Part shown: in pieces, positions 22,808-30,241 of the stretch
How the letters are laid out: every line of letters begins with the position of its first letter
How positions within the stretch are numbered: position 1 is the first letter of the stretch
Source of the DNA: Candidatus Woesearchaeota archaeon
GTDB lineage: Archaea; Nanobdellota; Nanobdellia; Woesearchaeales; JAGWAF01
Length of the DNA: 35,811 nt
Direction of reading: 5' to 3'
NCBI GenBank assembly: GCA_018302085.1
Contig: JAGWAF010000009.1
Coordinates: 1-35,811, forward strand
Translations under genes and position numbers: made by a program
Notes under the pieces: generated by a model
The model's database searches: none
Told to the model about the DNA's origin: nothing
What the model saw: the letters and a program-made list of their open reading frames with translations, nothing else

Positions 22808-23935
22808 ATGAACGATATGAAAACATGTTTTCACGGAGGAGCATCTTTTGATGCAATCGGATCAGATTTTGATAGGTTGGAGTCTAAAAGTAAGGTCATT
22901 AGAGCAGATGTAATTGATGCTTGGTATGATCCCGCCCCTAACGTTGTCGAAGCACTAGAAAAAAATTTAAAATGGTTATTGAGAAACTCTGCGCCAACAA
23001 ATTCTGAGGGATTAATTAAAACCATATCAAAAGTAAGAGGGATTCCTCCAGAGAATTTACTTGTAGGAGGTGGATCTTCAGATTTAATGTTTGCATTTTT
23101 TCTTCATTACCCATTTGATTCAGTGACTATTCTTGATCCCATGTATGGAGAATATGCTCACATCTTTGAAAAGGTTTTGAAAAAAATACCTCAAAGGGTT
23201 TTACAAAGACCTAAAGATTGTTTTAAAATTAGTACAGATGATATTCTTCAAGGGTCTGCTGGAAGTGATATGATTGTAATAGTAAACCCCAACAGTCCGA
23301 CAGGTCAATATTTAACAAAAGATGAAGTGCAAAAATTGTTATTAGCATTGCCTAAAAAAACTACTTTGGTTATTGATGAAACATACATAGATTTTGTCGG
23401 AAAAGATCAGTCAGTTGAAGGATTAGTTCCAGAACATAAAAACTTAGTTATCATTAAATCAATGTCAAAAGTGTATGCATTAAGCGGAGCAAGAGTTGGA
23501 TATTTAGCAGCACATTCAGACATCATTGAACAAATAAGAGGTCATATTCCTCCGTGGTCTGTCGGCTTAATTGGGCAAGTAGCAGGAGTAGAAGCATTGA
23601 AAAATGAAGAGTATTATGAAAAAAGAATTGCCGAAACTCATCAATTAAGAGAAAACTTTGCTACGCAATTAAAAGAAATTCCAGGAATAACTGTTTATCC
23701 AAGTTGTACTAATTTTATCTTATTAGATATTTCAAACACTGGAAAAAATTCTAAACAAATTTATGAAGAACTTATTAAGCAAAACATCTATGTTCGCGAT
23801 GTTACTTCAATGGGTGTCCAGTTTGATCACAATTTTATTAGAATAGCGGTAAAGGATGGGCAGAGTAATGATAAAATTTGTTCTGCATTGAAAAATATAC
23901 TAAAGAGGACTTATGAAAAAAGCGATACTTTTTGA
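22808..23935 (+). CDS. class I/II PLP-dependent aminotransferase-fold enzyme, HisC/CobD (threonine-phosphate decarboxylase-like) subfamily
   Basis: An N-terminal HGG motif (CFHGGASF), NPNSPTG, and the PLP-lysine motif SMSKVYALSGARVGY are present. Confidence 0.85.
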   Translation: MNDMKTCFHGGASFDAIGSDFDRLESKSKVIRADVIDAWYDPAPNVVEALEKNLKWLLRNSAPTNSEGLIKTISKVRGIPPENLLVGGGSSDLMFAFFLHYPFDSVTILDPMYGEYAHIFEKVLKKIPQRVLQRPKDCFKISTDDILQGSAGSDMIVIVNPNSPTGQYLTKDEVQKLLLALPKKTTLVIDETYIDFVGKDQSVEGLVPEHKNLVIIKSMSKVYALSGARVGYLAAHSDIIEQIRGHIPPWSVGLIGQVAGVEALKNEEYYEKRIAETHQLRENFATQLKEIPGITVYPSCTNFILLDISNTGKNSKQIYEELIKQNIYVRDVTSMGVQFDHNFIRIAVKDGQSNDKICSALKNILKRTYEKSDTF

Positions 23936-24593
23936 TCTTGACGGTCTTTTGGTAGACACCGAAACACTTGGCATTGATGTGGCAGTGCGAGTTTGTAAAG
24001 GATTAGGTATAGAACTTACCAAAACTGAACAGAAAAGTTTTATTGGCGTAACCGATGAAAGATTTTATCAAGAATTGTTTAACAAAAGGAATTGCGATTT
24101 CGATGTGCAAGAAATTTTGAAAAAACATTTTTCACTCTATGAAGAATTACTAAAAACATCACTAAAACCATTTCCAGGTGCGTGCGATTTGCTCAAAGTT
24201 TTAAAACGACAGGGTTATAAATTAGGACTAGTTTCTGGAAGTACAACAGAACAGATAAATATTATTCTCGACAAATTAAAAATCAAAACATTTTTTAACG
24301 TTATTGTGAGTTGCGAAGACATAACCAAAAGCAAACCAAATCCAGAAGGATATTTGATTGCTTCCAAAAAGTTGCGTATTTCGCCAGAAAATTGCGTGGT
24401 ATTAGAAGATGCTGAAACTGGCGTGATCGCCGGCAAAAAAGCAAGAATGAAAGTAATAGGTGTTACCAATAATGGTGGCCAAGATTTAAGTTCTGCCGAT
24501 ATTATCGTAAAGAATTTGATGGAGTTAGTGAACAGGGATAAGGAGTTTTGGGCTCGGGCGTTAAATGGGAAATATATATATATAATCGACTAG
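23913..24593 (+). CDS. HAD-superfamily hydrolase (beta-phosphoglucomutase/phosphatase-like, subfamily IA)
   Basis: Motif I is FDLDGLLVDTE, motif II is VSGS, the conserved lysine is in KSKPNPEGY, and motif IV is LEDAETG. The gene overlaps the upstream gene by 23 nt. Confidence 0.85.
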   Translation: MKKAILFDLDGLLVDTETLGIDVAVRVCKGLGIELTKTEQKSFIGVTDERFYQELFNKRNCDFDVQEILKKHFSLYEELLKTSLKPFPGACDLLKVLKRQGYKLGLVSGSTTEQINIILDKLKIKTFFNVIVSCEDITKSKPNPEGYLIASKKLRISPENCVVLEDAETGVIAGKKARMKVIGVTNNGGQDLSSADIIVKNLMELVNRDKEFWARALNGKYIYIID

Positions 24594-25288
24594 CTGAACT
24601 TTATCCTAAATGGCGAATTGCCTTGGGTGGGGGAGATCCCGAAGGTAAACAAACAAAATTCGTAGATTCAGTTTTCAAAAAATACTCTGTTAAAACTTGT
24701 ATCGATCTGGGAGGTGGAGTTGGAATTCATGATGGACCACTACAGAGTATGGGTTATCAGGTAACTAATTTTGATGCATCTCAAAATGCCATAGACATAG
24801 TCAAGCAAAATTTTCCACACTTAAAAACAATTCTTGGTTCTTTTGAAGACATAAATTTAGAATCTCATTTTGACGCAGCAATATCTATGTGGTCTACTGC
24901 GAACTACGTTTTAGATCCTACCGCAAGAGAAAAGTTTTATGAATGGATGCAAAGTCATAGCAGACGTGTTATTATTATTGATCAACCCAACTTTTTAATC
25001 TATCCTCCAACATTTTATAGAGTATATACCCATGAAGGATTGCGTATTGAAAGAAGTTGGACTCTGAGTAAGGATCACAGAAGAGAAACTAGTTTTACGT
25101 ATCACATGGGCGAATCAACTATTCATAATAGTGAAACTCAACAATTTCTGCTCGTAGATGAACTAAAAAAATTGTTGGGTAATGATTGGAAACTCATTTC
25201 AATCTGCGGTGACTATGACCTAAACTGTCCATTTGTTGAAACATCCACGCGTATGATAAGCGTGTTTGAAAAGAAAACTAAAGATTGA
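24548..25288 (+). CDS. class I SAM-dependent methyltransferase
   Basis: Motif I is CIDLGGGVGIH, with NFDAS downstream. The start is uncertain: TTG at 24548 or in-frame TTG at 24620. The latter lies about 30 nt after an ATATATATATAA run (24577-24590). Confidence 0.7.
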   Translation: MGSGVKWEIYIYNRLAELYPKWRIALGGGDPEGKQTKFVDSVFKKYSVKTCIDLGGGVGIHDGPLQSMGYQVTNFDASQNAIDIVKQNFPHLKTILGSFEDINLESHFDAAISMWSTANYVLDPTAREKFYEWMQSHSRRVIIIDQPNFLIYPPTFYRVYTHEGLRIERSWTLSKDHRRETSFTYHMGESTIHNSETQQFLLVDELKKLLGNDWKLISICGDYDLNCPFVETSTRMISVFEKKTKD

Positions 25289-25607
25289 TTATAAAACTCT
25301 CTCAACAAAAACCAGATTCTGCGATGCATCAGAAAAATTGGCCGGGATCATAACTTTGTCAATTTGTTACTGATAAATCTCACGCCTCATTTTTTTCTAA
25401 AAAAGTAGAAAGATTTTCAGGAAAAGTAAAAAATTTTGAATATCTTCCGAAAATCTCGTTATTTATTACCATTTTTCTGAAAGGTTTTCGATAATTCTTG
25501 AGATAAGCATATGAATACTAAAAATGCTATCTAACAGGGATAACATGAAACAGTGAAAGTTATCGTATAGCAATATGCGATACCTTCAAGAAATGATATG
25601 ATTTGAG

Positions 25608-25622
25608 GTCGCAAATTGCGAC
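25608..25622. promoter_or_regulatory. perfect palindrome GTCGCAA-A-TTGCGAC upstream of the ORF6N gene (candidate operator)
   Basis: The arms are 7 bp and the element lies 34 nt upstream of the ATG at 25656. It is flanked by CTTCAAG direct repeats. Confidence 0.3.
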
Positions 25623-25655
25623 TTCAAGTTGAAATAACTAAATGAGACTAAATTC

Positions 25656-26585
25656 ATGGTGTTAATAATGAAAAACAAACTCATAAATTTAAACGAGTAT
25701 GAAATTAAAAACAAAATTTTTTCTATCCGAGGATTACAAGTAATGCTTGATAGCGATTTGGCTGAAATATATGGTGTCAAGGTAAGAGTATTAAATCAAG
25801 CAGTTAAACGAAACATCCTTCGCTTTCCTGATAATTTCATGTTTCGATTAATGGAAAAAGAATATGAACCTTTAAGGTCACAAAATGTGATCTTAAAAAG
25901 ATCAAATTCTTTACGGTTACAAAATGGAACCTTAGAAAATGAAAGAGGAAAACATAGAAAATATCTCCCTTATGCATTCACAGAACAAGGAGTTGCAATG
26001 CTGTCAGGAGTCTTAAAAAGCGAGACTGCAGTAAGAATAAGCGTTCAGATAATGACTGCATTTGTGTCTATGAGAAGATTCATAAGCTCAAACGCTCAAG
26101 TTTTTCAAAGATTAGATACCATAGAACAAAAACAGATAATATACGACAAGAAATTTGAACAAGTATTCGATGCAATACAAAGCAAGGATTTAAAGCCAGA
26201 AAAAGGAATATTTTTTGATGGGCAGGTATTTGATGCTTATCAATTTGTTTCAGATTTGATAAGGGGTGCTTCAAAGTCCATAGTTTTGATTGATAACTAT
26301 GTCGATGATTCTATTATCACGCTATTACATAAAAGAAATAAAAATGTGAAAGTAAGAATCTTTACAAAATTTTCTAAGCAGTTCTTACTCGATGTAGAAA
26401 AATATAATGCGCAATATTCTCCTATTGAAGTACATGAATTTAAACTTTCTCATGATCGTTTTCTTATTATTGACAACAGAAAAGTGTATCATTTCGGTGC
26501 TTCTTTAAAAGATCTTGGCAAAAAATGGTTTGCATTTTCGAAATTTGATAAAGAGGCTCTTACTTTACTTGAGAAATTGGCATGA
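25656..26585 (+). CDS. ORF6N (KilA-N-like DNA-binding) domain protein with C-terminal PLD-like (degenerate HKD) domain
   Basis: The N-terminus (IRGLQVMLDSDLAEIYGVKVRVLNQAVKRNILRFPDNFMFRL .. LPYAFTEQGVAMLSGVLKSE) matches the ORF6N family as I recall it from bacteria. The C-terminus (HDRFLIIDNRKVYHFGASLKD) resembles HxK-x4-D-x6-GSxN. Confidence 0.8.
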   Translation: MVLIMKNKLINLNEYEIKNKIFSIRGLQVMLDSDLAEIYGVKVRVLNQAVKRNILRFPDNFMFRLMEKEYEPLRSQNVILKRSNSLRLQNGTLENERGKHRKYLPYAFTEQGVAMLSGVLKSETAVRISVQIMTAFVSMRRFISSNAQVFQRLDTIEQKQIIYDKKFEQVFDAIQSKDLKPEKGIFFDGQVFDAYQFVSDLIRGASKSIVLIDNYVDDSIITLLHKRNKNVKVRIFTKFSKQFLLDVEKYNAQYSPIEVHEFKLSHDRFLIIDNRKVYHFGASLKDLGKKWFAFSKFDKEALTLLEKLA

Positions 26586-26627
26586 GATAAGAAATTAGAT
26601 TATCAGTAAAAATAATAAGAAAAAAAT

Positions 26628-28022
26628 TTAATAACGGTACTGCTCTGCTTTAAATGGCCCTTCTACAGGAATTCCCATGTATTCAGATTGCACTTTTGTT
26701 AACTTTGTCAATTTAACACCAAGCTTTGCAAGGTGAAGACGAGCAACTTCTTCGTCTAGCATTTTGGGGAGCACATACACTCCAATCTCATGCTTTTTGC
26801 TCAACAATTCAATTTGCGCAAGTGTTTGATTCGTAAAAGAGGTACTCATCACAAAACTTGGATGACCGTGCGCGCAACCTAAGTTCACAAGACGTCCCCT
26901 AGCTAACAACAAGATTGAATGGCCGTCAGGAAATACAAACTTATCAACTTGGGGTTTGATATCGATCTCTTTTATTCCTGGAAATTTCTCGAGTCTATCA
27001 ACCTGAATCTCATTATCAAAATGACCAATGTTGCAGACAATTGCCTGATCTTTCATCTTTCTCATGTGTTCAAGAGTAATGATATCACAATTTCCAGTCG
27101 CGGTTACGAAAATATCGGCTGTGTTAACAACATCTTCAACAGTTTTGACTTCAAATCCTTCCATTGCAGCCTGTAGTGCATTAATCGGGTCAATTTCCGT
27201 TACGATTACCCTTGCTCCAAAGCCTCTCATGGATTGCGCACAACCCTTCCCTACATCACCATAGCCGCAAACTACTGCAACTTTTCCAGCAATCATCACG
27301 TCTGTTGCTCTCTTAATACCGTCGATTAAAGATTCTCTGCAACCATACAGATTATCAAACTTTGACTTTGTAACAGAATCATTGACATTTATTGCAGGGA
27401 ACAACAATTCTTTATTTTTCATCATTTGATATAAACGATGCACTCCTGTCGTGGTTTCTTCAGAAACACCCTTCATTTCTTTGACCATGCTACTCCAAAA
27501 ATTTTTATTTTCCTTTAATGTTTGTTTAAGAATTTTATTGACTTCTATCATTTCCTTATTGTCTGTACGTTCGTCTAATATTTTAGGATTTTTTTCAGCT
27601 TTTACACCACGATGAACAAGCAAGGTTGCATCTCCGCCATCATCAACAATAAGATGCGGGCCCTTATTATCTGCAAATGTCAGTGCTTCTTTTGTACACC
27701 ACCAATACTCCTCTAATGTTTCTCCCTTCCAGGCGAAAACAGGAACCCCTGTCTTGGCTATTGCGGCCGCTGCGTGATCTTGCGTAGAAAAAATATTACA
27801 AGAAGCCCAACGTACTTGAGCGCCTAGAGCAACTAAGGTTTCGATTAAAACCGCAGTTTGAATAGTCATATGCAATGATCCGGTGATTCTAGCATCCTTG
27901 AGGGGCTTTTGCTTTCCATATTTTTCTCTCAGGGCCATTAAACCGGGCATTTCTTTTTCTGCCAATTGAATTTCTTTTCTGCCAGATTCTGCTAAGGAAA
28001 TATCTTTGACTTTGTAGCTCAT
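26628..28022 (-). CDS. ahcY: adenosylhomocysteinase (S-adenosyl-L-homocysteine hydrolase)
   Basis: The full-length family pattern is present, including the NAD motif [14 protein letters not shown] and the C-terminal tail. GAGGT lies upstream of the ATG. Confidence 0.95.
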   Translation of the reverse strand: MSYKVKDISLAESGRKEIQLAEKEMPGLMALREKYGKQKPLKDARITGSLHMTIQTAVLIETLVALGAQVRWASCNIFSTQDHAAAAIAKTGVPVFAWKGETLEEYWWCTKEALTFADNKGPHLIVDDGGDATLLVHRGVKAEKNPKILDERTDNKEMIEVNKILKQTLKENKNFWSSMVKEMKGVSEETTTGVHRLYQMMKNKELLFPAINVNDSVTKSKFDNLYGCRESLIDGIKRATDVMIAGKVAVVCGYGDVGKGCAQSMRGFGARVIVTEIDPINALQAAMEGFEVKTVEDVVNTADIFVTATGNCDIITLEHMRKMKDQAIVCNIGHFDNEIQVDRLEKFPGIKEIDIKPQVDKFVFPDGHSILLLARGRLVNLGCAHGHPSFVMSTSFTNQTLAQIELLSKKHEIGVYVLPKMLDEEVARLHLAKLGVKLTKLTKVQSEYMGIPVEGPFKAEQYRY

Positions 28023-28130
28023 TTACATCAACCTCGTTTCTATGGAATTAGCCTATCTTTTTATAATTTTGCCTTATTTTCTGGACAAATGTCCATAAAA
28101 AATATAATATCATGGACAAAAATGGAAGTA

Positions 28131-28142
28131 TTTAAATATAAG
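28131..28142 (+). promoter_or_regulatory. TATA box TTTAAATATAAG
   Basis: The same 12-mer occurs at 13574 and 31904. It is about 100 nt upstream of the lrp ATG, which predicts a TSS near 28161. Confidence 0.45.
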
Positions 28143-28160
28143 CAGGACAGTACTTTTACC

Positions 28161-28236
28161 GTTGTTGTTTGGCCAAAAGCCAAAAACCTGTGGGGGGTGA
28201 CCTCAAACTGGGGTTGATCCCACAGGTCTTTTTTTT
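28161..28236 (+). ncRNA. candidate ~75-nt structured leader or small RNA (hairpin + T8)
   Basis: A small hairpin GGC-CAAAA-GCC lies at 28171-28181. An 8-bp stem CCTGTGGG (28187-28194) pairs with CCCACAGG (28219-28226). T8 at 28229-28236 ends 3 nt before the lrp ATG. The 5' end is only inferred from the TATA position. Confidence 0.3.
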
Positions 28237-28239
28237 ACC

Positions 28240-28659
28240 ATGCTCGACCCTAAAGACAAAAAAATCATTGCAGCACTGCGAGAGAATTCCAGACAGAGCA
28301 TTCGCGAGTTGGCACAGTCTTCTAAGCTACGTCCTTCTACAGTTCATCAAAGATTGCTAAAACTGGAAAAAGAAAAGATCATTGAACGCTACACAGTTAA
28401 AGTCAACAATGAATCTGTAGGAGAGGGATTTATTGTTTTCATGTGGATTTCCACCAATCAGGATTTGCCACCCAGCTTTTTTCATGATCCCTGCATCAAA
28501 GAGGTGTTTGGAATTACCGGGGAGTATGATCTGTTATTAAAACTCAAATTTCCATCGATCGCGGAATTTAATGAGTACCTTATTCGACTGCGAAAAAATA
28601 AAGTGATAACGAAGACATTTACGCAAATTGTGACGATCAATTTGAAGGAGGAATTATGA
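28240..28659 (+). CDS. lrp: Lrp/AsnC family transcriptional regulator
   Basis: The N-terminal HTH_AsnC pattern is present (LDPKDKKIIAALRENSRQSIRELAQSSKLRPSTVHQRLLKLEKEKII). A C-terminal RAM-like domain is present. Confidence 0.9.
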   Translation: MLDPKDKKIIAALRENSRQSIRELAQSSKLRPSTVHQRLLKLEKEKIIERYTVKVNNESVGEGFIVFMWISTNQDLPPSFFHDPCIKEVFGITGEYDLLLKLKFPSIAEFNEYLIRLRKNKVITKTFTQIVTINLKEEL

Positions 28660-29231
28660 AATCTCTTTCTTCTTTTTTATTTTTAATCTTTTTTATCTTT
28701 CTTCTTTTGCTTGTTAGTTGCACTCAAAAAACGAATGGAAATGAAATAAAACAAGAACAGGGCATTGATTGTCGTGAACATTCTGCATGTCCTTCAGGTG
28801 TTTGTAATCACTACAAGGCAGATCTTGGAACTTGTGCAATCGAGCCCTGTTCTACCGGAGAAAAAACTGATAATAACAATTTTTTTTGTAATCTTGATAG
28901 ACGGTGGGAATCTTCAAAAATTGAAAATGAGCAATGCGATTTTGATTATGAATGTTATCAAAAAACGTGTTTTATGATTCCTCAATGTGATTTGACTGAT
29001 ATTCCAAGAACTAAATCATGGTGTAAGGAAAATGTTTGCGTTCTTTCTGTGGAAGAGGATGAGTGTGTATCAGAAGGAATGAAAAAGATCCTTGAAAAAA
29101 ATCAGTACGACGAAAACTGCATTGAAAGCCTTGCGCAAATGGAATTGCCAACGGTGTGCGCACCCTGTGGGGATGACATTTGTGACGTTCAATTGGAATC
29201 CTCTTGTAACTGCCCAGAGGATTGTGCGTGA
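28656..29231 (+). CDS. secreted Cys-rich putative lipoprotein (about 25 Cys in 191 aa)
   Basis: The start overlaps the lrp stop as ATGA, with GGAGG 5 nt upstream. A signal peptide ends in a lipobox-like LVSC. A C-terminal CAPCGDDICDVQLESSCNCPEDC module is present. Confidence 0.75.
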   Translation: MKSLSSFLFLIFFIFLLLLVSCTQKTNGNEIKQEQGIDCREHSACPSGVCNHYKADLGTCAIEPCSTGEKTDNNNFFCNLDRRWESSKIENEQCDFDYECYQKTCFMIPQCDLTDIPRTKSWCKENVCVLSVEEDECVSEGMKKILEKNQYDENCIESLAQMELPTVCAPCGDDICDVQLESSCNCPEDCA

Positions 29232-30218
29232 CTATTCTATTTTATTCACTAAATCAATCATCGACTGCTCAATTCTTGCTCCTATTTGGGAGATAACCCT
29301 CGCAGCCAAGAAAGATCCGATCTTACCGCAGAGTTCTAAAGGTTTTTTTTGCAAGTAACTCCAAAGGAATCCTGCAGCGTAGAGATCTCCCGCGCCAGTT
29401 GTGTCAATTACTTTTGTTTTGTATGCCTGAATGTGAAAAATCTCATTTTTGCTCTTGATAAGGGAACCTTTTGGGCCGAGCTTTACAATTGCAATATCAC
29501 AATGTGCAGCTAACCTCTTCAATGCGTCCAGAGGATCTTTCTCGTCTGTAAAAGCTTCTGCTTCTCCCTCGTTTACAAAAATAATATTCACATATTTCTT
29601 AACCATGCTCCACAGATCTTCCTTACAACGGCGAATCAGATGCGCATCCGCCAAATCCATGGAAATAATAACTTCATTTTCCTTTGCAACTTCCATCGCG
29701 TGCACGGCAATTTCCCTTAAGTTAGGAGATTCGAGCATGTAGCCTGTCAAATGAAGTATTTTTGATTTTTTAATGTCCTCATCAAGGATATTTTCTTTTT
29801 CCAGGTTAACCGCTGCTCCCAAGTGTACCGCAAAAGTTCTTTCCGCATCGGGAGTAATAAAGGAGAAACATCTTCCCGTGCCGCTCTTGTCGCATCGTAT
29901 AAGTCTTGGATGAATTTTATCCTTTGTAATAATATCCTCATACATATTCCCGTGAGGGTCCTTGCCTACCCTTCCCACTAAAATACATTTTCCTCCAAGA
30001 TTCGCAATGCCCATGATAGTATTCGCACCGGAACCAGCAGGAGTTAATTTTGGTTTTTGATGTTCAAACTTTTGTAGAATCTGATTTGCCTTTTCCTCTT
30101 CAATAAGATGGAATGAACCTTTTTTCAGATTAAACTCAGCTAAATGTGCATCATCCACCTGAATCAGAATGTCCATTAAAGTATTTTCGATGCTGATGAC
30201 GTCAAGTTCTTTATCCAT
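29232..30218 (-). CDS. PfkB-family carbohydrate/nucleoside kinase (adenosine kinase-like)
   Basis: The C-terminal PfkB signature DTTGAGDLYAAGFL is present, and the N-terminal fold pattern matches ribokinase/adenosine kinase. Confidence 0.85.
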   Translation of the reverse strand: MDKELDVISIENTLMDILIQVDDAHLAEFNLKKGSFHLIEEEKANQILQKFEHQKPKLTPAGSGANTIMGIANLGGKCILVGRVGKDPHGNMYEDIITKDKIHPRLIRCDKSGTGRCFSFITPDAERTFAVHLGAAVNLEKENILDEDIKKSKILHLTGYMLESPNLREIAVHAMEVAKENEVIISMDLADAHLIRRCKEDLWSMVKKYVNIIFVNEGEAEAFTDEKDPLDALKRLAAHCDIAIVKLGPKGSLIKSKNEIFHIQAYKTKVIDTTGAGDLYAAGFLWSYLQKKPLELCGKIGSFLAARVISQIGARIEQSMIDLVNKIE

Positions 30219-30241
30219 AACTTTGTAGAATCATTGTTTAT

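Noticed and set aside
25289-25655. Replication origin (AT-rich, repeats) or homing-endonuclease site (TAACAGGGATAAC at ~25532 resembles part of the I-SceI site)
   Set aside because: There are no ORB/mini-ORB G-rich elements and no adjacent cdc6/orc1. The I-SceI resemblance is partial and most likely coincidental.
28161-28236. Known riboswitch classes (SAH, SAM, preQ1, fluoride) upstream of lrp / near ahcY
   Set aside because: I could not match any consensus core I remember for these classes. Also, the element precedes lrp, not ahcY.
28169-28360. 63-aa ORF overlapping the lrp leader and 5' end
   Set aside because: It is out of frame with the clearly homologous Lrp ORF. It starts inside the predicted hairpin region and has no motif.
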